From assembly GCA_001275005.1 (NCBI GenBank), contig JWZX01003396.1:1-47108 (forward strand): 47,108 nt of DNA, read 5' to 3'. This document shows, piece after piece, positions 39,594-47,108 of this stretch. The translations under genes were made by a program, and so were the position numbers. How positions within the stretch are numbered: position 1 is the first letter of the stretch; each line of letters starts with the position of its first letter. Under the pieces are notes generated by a model. It made no database searches and had not been told where the DNA came from. It worked only from the letters and a program-made list of their open reading frames with translations. Source of the DNA: Chrysochromulina tobinii. Its lineage: Eukaryota.

Positions 39594-39861
39594 GTCAGTA
39601 GCACGTCAGAGGCGTGATCGTCAAGGGCGCCACACCGCATCTCTGTGTGCTGGCGAACAACGAGCCAGAATTTCGCGAGCTGCAGAAGCCGCACGTCACT
39701 GCCGGTCGCTACTCATATCACGTTCTACATGCCACGCACCTCCTGTGCTCTCAATGCGCAAAAAGGTCGCATGTTAGTCGCATCCTCGCATGTTAGTCGC
39801 ATGTATCCTGTTGAGCTCACGCCCGCCCCACACGCCCACAGAGACTTGTGCGATGAGGGCA

Positions 39862-40383
39862 TCAAGAACATGTTGAATCCGTCATCGCTCCCTCGATCGC
39901 ACCTCCCACGTCCATCATCTCCCCCTGGATCACAACAGGATTCACCACCAGGTCCAACTCGTGGCGCACGCCCGTCGCCAAAAAGGAACAGTGCACGGAG
40001 AGACTGCAGCTCTCGCCCTGGGATCTGCAATCATCGTAGCTGTGATCGTCCATTTGTTGATGTTCGTCCTCGGTACATGTAGACGATGAGCAGCTCTCGA
40101 ACAAGACGAGGTTGCGATGGCGTAGCGCCGCAAGATTTCGCTGCGTTGCGCACAGCCGAAGGTGCAGCTCTGCCGCGTTTACGAGCTTCTCTTGCTCTTC
40201 ATGCTTTAACTTCGTCACGAGCAGCATCGCATTGGCGACTGCCAACGACTGCGCCGCTATTTGCCATTGAAGCTGAGCGGCTTTGAAGCTGAGAAGGGTC
40301 AGCGGCAGCTGAGGCAGTGCCGACTCGATTGCTGACAGCTCGACCACTTGCGCGTTCACTACATGACTGGCGATCAGACCCAT
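39862..40383 (-). CDS. Possible small hypothetical protein
   Basis: 173-codon ORF with a helical N-terminal half in a lower-GC region; no domain recognised. Confidence 0.3.
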   Translation of the reverse strand: MGLIASHVVNAQVVELSAIESALPQLPLTLLSFKAAQLQWQIAAQSLAVANAMLLVTKLKHEEQEKLVNAAELHLRLCATQRNLAALRHRNLVLFESCSSSTCTEDEHQQMDDHSYDDCRSQGESCSLSVHCSFLATGVRHELDLVVNPVVIQGEMMDVGGAIEGAMTDSTCS

Positions 40384-40607
40384 GTTGCGCAAGGCGTGCG
40401 AAACGAAAAGAAAAGAACGGAGTCCGGGGAGTGTGCAGAGTCGGGAGACGAAGTTTGCATGCATTTTGAAGAAACGTCACTGCTCACTGCATGTAGGGCT
40501 CAAGGGCGCGACCTAGCCGCAAAGATCTTCATACATCTACTCAGCCTCGATATCAGCCTCGATCAATGCCTTGTTCGATTGGTGACCGATTGCGAGGGTC
40601 GGCCGTC

Positions 40608-40670
40608 ACATTGCTGATTACATTGCTGATTACATTGCTGACGATTGACACGACGATTGTACGACGATTG
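40608..40670. repeat. 12-bp tandem repeats (acattgctgatt x~3, then acgacgattg x2)
   Basis: Read directly from the sequence. Confidence 0.85.
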
Positions 40671-41184
40671 CATGTTCTTGACGGCCGTCACAGCGTCACA
40701 AGGCTCATGGGGCTGCGGGACACAAGGGGCGGGACAAGATGCAGATGGGCGCGAGCACCACAAGATTATAAACACAAGATACGGGGATGTATGGCCTAGG
40801 GATGGCCGACCCCATCTTCGTTTGTGGATGCGGGTCGAGGGGTGTGGGGCGGTGCCTTAGCGGTGCCTGGCCCCAGACGATCAAGTTGTCAACAAGGGGC
40901 TGGTAGAAGTTGTCCACGAGCGACGAGCACATCAGACAGACCATCGGTTGAGAATCCTAGTGCGCGGCGCGGCGCGCGGTCGCGCTCGCGGCCCCCCGCT
41001 CGCGTTTCAACGCAAGTTTTGCTTCAGTGATATTCTTTCGTGCTCCGCATTCCGGGGGACGAGATGAGAGGCCATGAGTGGGTGTTATGCCCCGTTCGTT
41101 CCAACCTGAAACTTGAAACACAAAGCTCTGTGCGTCCTCGTCGTCTACACACTGTTTTCTTGGACGGTGCTGGCGGTCTTCCCG

Positions 41185-43464
41185 ATGGAGCCCGCGCCGA
41201 AGCGGCCGAGAGTCCACGATGAGGGGGGCGGCGCGGTGCACATGACCTCGGAGCCGAGTGCGTTCGAGTCAGGACCAGCACATTCCGCGGCGCCCAACGT
41301 CCCGGCAGCCACGGCGAGCGGCGCTTCGGCGCCCACAATGCTACGAACCATAGAAGACGTGATGGCCGCCCTTCCTAGGACGCCCACTGTGGGCGCGGCC
41401 GCTGCGCCGCTCGACCCACTGCCGCTTTCCGAGACGCTGCCGCTGCCGCTGCCATCGGCTGTGGCTGCCGAAAAGCCGGCGGCGGCGAATCATTCGCTCT
41501 CGCCCGCGTATCCCAACAAGTTCTTGGCGGGCCCGTCGTCGCAGCGCTGCCGCGCCTCCTTTTCATCGGAGCCCCCATCGCTCGACCTCGGCGCCTCGAG
41601 CATCTTTTTTGAGTCGCCTGCGCTCATGCCCGTCAGCGTGGGCGCCACCACGCACATCCCGACCATCGAGAGCCTGCCCGGCCTGGCAGACTGGCCAGGC
41701 AGACTGGCAGGCGCAGCTAGCAGCAGCATGACGGCCGACTTCAATCCGTTCTCGAGGCGCAACACCCCGCGGAGCAGCAGCTTCGGCGGTGCGCCCGGCG
41801 GCGGGTTCGGTGTGGCGCCGAGTGTGTCCGAGCCTGTCGAGGGCGGCATCTTGATGCTTGCGGACATTGAGGAGTCGCATGCTTCACGCGTGGCGCTCCA
41901 CTCGGCGTGGCGCGACTACGGGCAGCAGCTTGTCACGAACGAGCCGATCGGGGCGACGGCCGGGATCGGCGTCGGGCTGCGCTGCGAGTCGTGTGACGCG
42001 GCCGCTCCGAGCCTGGCACTGCAAGAGGGCGCTCGGGATGGCCCTCGGGATGCGTCCTTGTCGTCTTCGGGTAGCCGAGATGATTTGGACGCTGCTGAAG
42101 GGCGAAGCCAATTGCATGCACTGGGGGGCAGCGCCGGCGGCATATTGCGCCGCCCGCTCCCCTCGGATGGTGACTCGATGCTGCACGACACACGCGGCGG
42201 CAACGAGCTGCTCGACGACGCCGTCGCGATGCTCGCGACACATGCGGGGCCTGCCTCAAGCAACGGGCTCACGCCGTACGAGGCCGAGGCGGACGAGGGC
42301 GAGGCGGAGGCCGAGAGCGACGAGGAGGAGGACGAGAGTTCCGGCTGGGTCGACGAGGCGAGCGGGTTGCCCCTGCGCGAGATTCGCGATGAGCGTGTGC
42401 GCCATGCAGTCCGGAGCGAGATGCAAGCTGGCGGCCTCTCGCTACACACTGTCGCGAGCCTCGCGGGAGTGGCGCAGCCGATGCTCTGCGCGTGGCTCGG
42501 CGCCAAGCAGCCCAAGGCGGGCAACGCCGCGTCGCACAATGTACTCAAGCTCAAACTGCTCGGGTGGATGGCAACGCGTGGCGTCGTCCTCTCCGCCGCG
42601 CCACACGCGGCGCCGCCGCTAATAAGCGTCGCGCCCAACGGCGAATCTGGGCCAGTGTCCCCTGCGACGATCGTCACGATGCCGCGCCCCGGCGCGCTCG
42701 CCCCAGGCGGCGGCGGCGGGGCCAAGGCAAAGCCCGTGGCGCGGCAGATGAGCCGGGAGGGCGGGCGCGGCGCTAGCGCGGAGGGGGAGGGCGGCGCCGA
42801 GGCTAACAAGGGTGAGAGCAGCCTCAGCAAAGTCAAGGGCGGCAGCAGCAAAAGTGGCGGCAACAAGGAGGGCAACAGTGCAGGTAAAGGCGACGAGAGC
42901 ACCAAAAAGGGGGAGAGCGCCGCAGGCGGCAACGGCAAGAAGTCGAAGGCCAAAATCAAGCTGACGCCGCAGCACCTGTATGTCGCATACGTGTGGTACC
43001 TCAAGCAGCGCGAGGCGCGCGGCGAGGGCCTTGTGCCAGGAGAGGAAGAGTCCTTCTGCCTCAAGTGCAAGGATGGCGGCGATGTGCTGCTCTGCGATTA
43101 CTCGGGGTGCACCAAGAGCTACCACCCAGCGTGCGCCAACCTCAAGACCGTCCCCGAGGGTATCTGGGAGTGCCCGCGCCACCGGTGTGTGCAGTGCGGC
43201 TCGGGGCCGTCGCAGACGGACGTGCACGGCCGGCCGCGGAGGCCCGATCCGCCGGGCGAGGCGGGGTGCACCCTCTGGGCGTGCCGAACGTGCCCCACCA
43301 CCTACTGCGAGCGATGCCTGCCAAAAGAGGTCACCTTTGCCGGCGTCGAGATCGTGTGCGAGAGTTGCCAGGAACTTCTCTCGGCCGACATGGCGTCGCT
43401 GCAGCGCGACCTGATCAAGTGGAAGCCCGAGCTCTTTGCCGACGCCGCCTCGGCGGACGTCTAG
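41185..43464 (+). CDS. Chromatin protein with a lambda-repressor-like HTH and an NSD-type PHD + Cys/His module
   Basis: MEPAPKRPR NLS-like start; GLSLHTVASLAGVAQPMLCAWL HTH; CLKCKDGGDVLLCDYSGCTKSYHPAC...WECPRHRCVQC...CRTCPTTYCERC. Confidence 0.85.
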   Translation: MEPAPKRPRVHDEGGGAVHMTSEPSAFESGPAHSAAPNVPAATASGASAPTMLRTIEDVMAALPRTPTVGAAAAPLDPLPLSETLPLPLPSAVAAEKPAAANHSLSPAYPNKFLAGPSSQRCRASFSSEPPSLDLGASSIFFESPALMPVSVGATTHIPTIESLPGLADWPGRLAGAASSSMTADFNPFSRRNTPRSSSFGGAPGGGFGVAPSVSEPVEGGILMLADIEESHASRVALHSAWRDYGQQLVTNEPIGATAGIGVGLRCESCDAAAPSLALQEGARDGPRDASLSSSGSRDDLDAAEGRSQLHALGGSAGGILRRPLPSDGDSMLHDTRGGNELLDDAVAMLATHAGPASSNGLTPYEAEADEGEAEAESDEEEDESSGWVDEASGLPLREIRDERVRHAVRSEMQAGGLSLHTVASLAGVAQPMLCAWLGAKQPKAGNAASHNVLKLKLLGWMATRGVVLSAAPHAAPPLISVAPNGESGPVSPATIVTMPRPGALAPGGGGGAKAKPVARQMSREGGRGASAEGEGGAEANKGESSLSKVKGGSSKSGGNKEGNSAGKGDESTKKGESAAGGNGKKSKAKIKLTPQHLYVAYVWYLKQREARGEGLVPGEEESFCLKCKDGGDVLLCDYSGCTKSYHPACANLKTVPEGIWECPRHRCVQCGSGPSQTDVHGRPRRPDPPGEAGCTLWACRTCPTTYCERCLPKEVTFAGVEIVCESCQELLSADMASLQRDLIKWKPELFADAASADV

Positions 43465-43551
43465 AGCTCGGTCTCGTTGCCCGACGAGCCCCGGACCTGG
43501 GAGGCGAGGAGCAGCCCGCCTCGCTGCCGGGATGACATCGAGGGATGACAC

Positions 43552-43605
43552 GCTCCTCCCCTCCCATGCTCCTCCCCTCCCAAGCTCCTCCCCCCCATGC
43601 TCCTC
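43552..43605. repeat. Pyrimidine-rich ~16-bp tandem repeat x3
   Basis: gctcctcccctccca(t/a) units downstream of the PHD gene. Confidence 0.8.
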
Positions 43606-44050
43606 GCCGTATGCGCGACCGTTCCAGCGCCCTCTGCCAGGGCTTCGGCGTCGCGTGGACCTCGGGGCCGCGCTGCGGCGTGCGACTTGCACTCGCGTGG
43701 GTGGCTGATGGCTGCGCCCGGGCCTCGAAAACGGACGGGGGCGTCTGCCTGTGCGCCGCCCGGTTCGGTCCGTCGTCCGCCCGCTCCGCCTCTGCGCCGC
43801 GTGCGCCGGAACTTTTGCGCGGTGGCACAACACGTCGGGCGTCGCTCCGCGTCTGCGGTCTCCGGGTCACGCGCGCCGCAACGGCGGCCGATTTTGTGAC
43901 AGATAGACGAGAATCGAGATAGTCAGAGTTCGCTCGACTATAGATAACATATCGAAACGAACGAAGAGGACCTCCCCGCGCCCGCCCCTCTGGCTTTTTT
44001 ATTTCACCTGAGGATCTGTCAACCACAGGAGTGAGTACACAGTTGGACTT

Positions 44051-44986
44051 TTAGACAGAATCTGCGCTTCGCCATAGAAATCGAGCTGCCGCGTCTTCTG
44101 TCAAGAGCCTCGCGATTCGTGCACGCCCCTCATCCGACGCTGCAAAGCTCCACGTGTTGCAACTGGCTGGCAGCTCGACATGGAGGTCTTCGATGGCCTG
44201 CCGCCACTCCGCGGCGGCTGCCTGCGCATCGACCTGCGCTGTGGCGTCCGCCCATGGCAGCGCGACGCTGAGCATTGTGCTGCCGCCGCTCGGTTGCCGG
44301 AATAGACTTGCGCCCCAGCCCCATGCATCTCCGCGGCGGGCAGTCTCGCCGCCCGAATGAAACGTGAGCGCGGGAATGTATAGCGCGTCGCCGGCCTCTA
44401 GCTTCGTGTCGATGGCGACTCGGCTACCAAACGTGCGTCCAGCCACCCGAAACCTCTTGCTGCCCCGCAACATGAGGAGTAGCACGTCCACGTCATCGAC
44501 GTGCCAGCCGAGGGAAGCACTCCCGCCAACTGCTTTGGGCGTCAGGTACACGTCGGCGTCGCAAAAGGGCCGGCGGGTCACTTCGTCCAATATCGATAGG
44601 CATTGTGCTAGCTTGTCTGCAGCGGCGGTCACCGCGCCACCACCGGTTATGTACTGCTCGCCGGAGGTGCCAGCGCGGGACGCAACGCGCGCAGCGATCG
44701 GGCCCTGGCTTCGCGCGAGCGCCGTTGCGAGGGATGCGTTCCGTTCGCCCCATGCTTGGCTCGCGAGCTCGGCACATGCCTCGCTCCAGCAGATCCACGC
44801 GAGGCCATCGTTGCCTGTGGAGAAGAAGCTGTCAGCATCATTGTCGCCACAAAACGCCTTTACTTGCGAGCACTGCGTGAGCCGCACGGCGTCGACCGTT
44901 TCCGCGAGCTCCGCGAGTTTCACCGCTAACAAATTAGGGGCGGCACCCTTTTGCAACCAGGGCTGACCAGCATGAAAGCTTAGCAT
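44051..44986 (-). CDS. JmjC/cupin Fe(II)-2OG oxygenase (Cupin_4/ROX-like)
   Basis: VYLTP...LGWHVDDVDVLLLMLRGSKRFRV and LEAGDALYIPALTFH give the HxD...H triad. Confidence 0.85.
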   Translation of the reverse strand: MLSFHAGQPWLQKGAAPNLLAVKLAELAETVDAVRLTQCSQVKAFCGDNDADSFFSTGNDGLAWICWSEACAELASQAWGERNASLATALARSQGPIAARVASRAGTSGEQYITGGGAVTAAADKLAQCLSILDEVTRRPFCDADVYLTPKAVGGSASLGWHVDDVDVLLLMLRGSKRFRVAGRTFGSRVAIDTKLEAGDALYIPALTFHSGGETARRGDAWGWGASLFRQPSGGSTMLSVALPWADATAQVDAQAAAAEWRQAIEDLHVELPASCNTWSFAASDEGRARIARLLTEDAAARFLWRSADSV

Positions 44987-45145
44987 TGCAGCTTAGCATG
45001 GCGAGAGCGTGCGTGGCCCGATGAGTCTTGGAGTTCTCCAAATCGCCGTCATCCAGACTTCTGCAGCTTCTGTTTCTCGAGCCAGACTCGTGTCGTCGGG
45101 GACATGTTGTGTTGACGAAGTCTGTTGACGAAGCAAATTCGCTTC

Positions 45146-46747
45146 ATGGTGGGACTCTACTTCTTCGTGGCCAGTTCGTGCGCGGCACCACTCCGCGTCT
45201 GCACCGAGTGCATGCAAGGCGGGCCGACGACGCTCGCGGCGCTGGTTTTCCTCGCACCGCGCGATGGGCCGTCGATTGTCGGGTGCGGATGCATCGCCCG
45301 GTGTGATCGAGGCGTCGCCGTTCGACTACCCTCTGGTGAAATCGAGGAGGGCGTCACCGGAGCGGCCGCATGCGCCGCAACGCTGCGCCGGTTGGGCTAC
45401 AGCGTCGATCAGCGCCTGCCCGATGCGTTCTCGGCCGCACGGCGGGGCGACGAGTTGGTTGCGGTCAGTCGTGAGCCAGAGGCAGTCCTCGCATACAACC
45501 GCGCCTTCTCGCTCGCCATCGCGACGGGCCTCGGGCTGCGGTGGCGCGCGCGTCGGAGCCCGGTCAGCGCGGCAAGCAGGTTCGCTGGCAGCCAGATTGC
45601 TGAGCCGCCGGGCGCGTCGTCGGGCGACGGCCGAATACGCGCAGCCGCCAGGCTGGCGACGACGGCCCAGGTGCTGTGGTTTGCGAGGCTCATGACGAAA
45701 CGTTCACGCGTGCAGCTCACGCTCGCGCGGCAGGGGCAGGTACGTGCCTCACGCCGCTCGCTCGAAGATGCGCTGTATGCCGTGCAGCTCGCCGAGGGCG
45801 TCGCCGAAGGCGACGCGCTGTCGCCGCAGCCATCCTCGGCAGCGCTCGCGTCGCTTCCGGCGCTTGGGACGGCGCTTGCGGACGTCGATAGTGGCGAAGG
45901 GCCCGATGAGACGTCCGGAAGAGCGTCTGGCGCAGTAGTAGGCGGGCTCGCCGGAGAGGGTGCGGACGTGCGCCTGGAGGCGTGGGAGTGCCTCGCAGAG
46001 GCCTTCGAGGTGGCGCGCGACATCGAAGGCGCCATCTACGCCTACGAGCGTCTGCTCGCACTCGAACCATCGACCACGCCCGGCCTCTCGCCCACAACCT
46101 CGGCCAAGCGGGGCGTGCAGGAGCTCGTGCTGCTCTCGCATCGGCAAGGACTCGAGACCACGCTCGCCCTCGGTCGGGGCTTGCAAGAAGCGACCGATCG
46201 CTCGGTGGCAGACGTCGTCAACCGGGGACTGGAGGACGTCGAAGCGCTGCGTACAGTGGTGCGACACGACCTTGACGTCGTCGAGGAGCGCGTGCGCTCT
46301 CGCTCGCCCTCTCGCCTCGAGCGCCTGCTCCTAGGGGCGTTCCAGCCCACGGCCAAGGCCCTCGACGACCTTCAGCTGATGAGGAGGATTGCGGAGTCCG
46401 ACCTGAACAGGTTGCAGCGCACGCTGCTCTTGGGCGACCCACTGCTCGCCTTCCTGCGCGAGACTTGGCAGCGCGCTCAAGGAAAGGCGCCGCCGCCTGT
46501 GATGCTTGACGCGCTGCCCATCTCGTCGGAGGCCGTCCTTTGGCTCCGCGAGCAGTTCGAGCGAGGTGTGCTGCCTCAGGACCCGCTGCTCGTAGCCAGC
46601 CTCTTGGAACAAGCCCGGCGCGACCCAGAGCTCGTGATTCGCCTCGTCGGCGAAATCGCGGCTGCAAGCGCGTGCACGGCCGATGGGGAAGGTGTACCGG
46701 AGGAGTGCGGGCTCCCGGGTGAGCTCCCCGACAGCAACCAGCGGTGA
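45146..46747 (+). CDS. Thioredoxin-like [2Fe-2S] ferredoxin domain + TPR-like helices, with a hydrophobic N-terminus
   Basis: LRVCTEC..GG and GCGCIARCDRGVAV cysteine pattern; AWECLAEAFE..RDIEGAIYAYERLLALEP TPR. Confidence 0.65.
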   Translation: MVGLYFFVASSCAAPLRVCTECMQGGPTTLAALVFLAPRDGPSIVGCGCIARCDRGVAVRLPSGEIEEGVTGAAACAATLRRLGYSVDQRLPDAFSAARRGDELVAVSREPEAVLAYNRAFSLAIATGLGLRWRARRSPVSAASRFAGSQIAEPPGASSGDGRIRAAARLATTAQVLWFARLMTKRSRVQLTLARQGQVRASRRSLEDALYAVQLAEGVAEGDALSPQPSSAALASLPALGTALADVDSGEGPDETSGRASGAVVGGLAGEGADVRLEAWECLAEAFEVARDIEGAIYAYERLLALEPSTTPGLSPTTSAKRGVQELVLLSHRQGLETTLALGRGLQEATDRSVADVVNRGLEDVEALRTVVRHDLDVVEERVRSRSPSRLERLLLGAFQPTAKALDDLQLMRRIAESDLNRLQRTLLLGDPLLAFLRETWQRAQGKAPPPVMLDALPISSEAVLWLREQFERGVLPQDPLLVASLLEQARRDPELVIRLVGEIAAASACTADGEGVPEECGLPGELPDSNQR

Positions 46748-47055
46748 GGGCGAGTGTGCGAGAGCGCTGCTCACCACACACACAGTACATAGTCATATAC
46801 CTGAACCATATACTAGATCGCGCGAGCGGGCCCACACGACACGCCCGTCTGGCGAAGAGGTACACACAGCGTATAGAGCGTTACCACGGCAGTTCGAGCC
46901 TTTCGCTAAGTTTTCGCAACACGCAAGTCGAATCTATTAGTACGTATTAGCAATTAGGATTGTGCGATCTTCCCGGGACGCGGGAGCGACCGCGAACGCC
47001 GAACCGCGCGCCGCGCACACCGGCCCGGGCGGCGGGCGCCGTTACCGCGCGGCGC

Positions 47056-47108
47056 GGCCCGGTGGTGCGCGCGGGGCTGCCGCCCGGCGGTGCGCGCGCG
47101 GGGCTGCC
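47056..47108. repeat. GC-rich ~26-bp tandem repeat running off the window end
   Basis: gcccgg(t/c)ggtgcgcgc(gc)ggggctgcc x2. Confidence 0.75.

Noticed and set aside
41916..43833. Minus-strand ORFs of 384 and 404 aa
   Set aside because: Shadows of the PHD gene; same reasoning applies to 4481..5476 and 8700..9659
44934..44939. TTAGGG telomere-like hexamer (also near 38495)
   Set aside because: Isolated single copies inside coding regions

Overview
GC-rich, gene-dense eukaryotic nuclear DNA with about 23 protein-coding genes. Introns are short GT-AG (donors GTGCG/GTACG/GTGAG/GTAAG, acceptors mostly ...GCAG) and local tandem duplications are common. Gene content and style suggest a flagellated alga, probably a haptophyte (inference). 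Recognisable genes: ENKD1-like, ERD2, TAF10 (one extra base breaks the frame), a TFIIIC subunit 6-like gene, a sirtuin, NIP7, a THOC6-like WD40 protein, an FkbM methyltransferase, ABM/LsrG-like, AIG1-like, a DegT aminotransferase, an NSD-type PHD protein, a JmjC cupin and a TRX-like ferredoxin-TPR protein. Two candidates stand out. (1) A 2264-aa intronless protein carrying lamin/intermediate-filament rod motifs, split by a 1218-codon insert bracketed by a duplicated KIELG peptide; it has helical-hairpin repeats, a SEA-like module, an FG-like tract and two ubiquitin-like domains instead of a lamin tail domain and CaaX. (2) An SPX phosphate-sensor domain fused to a Zn2Cys6 DNA-binding domain, with a perfect 5x15-bp repeat in its divergent promoter. 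Also notable are a sirtuin lacking the zinc-binding CxxC pairs and a small protein with a p21-like PIP box plus an MBD-like domain. No rRNA, tRNA, CRISPR array or autonomous transposon was seen. All family calls come from reading motifs by eye; no database searches were run.
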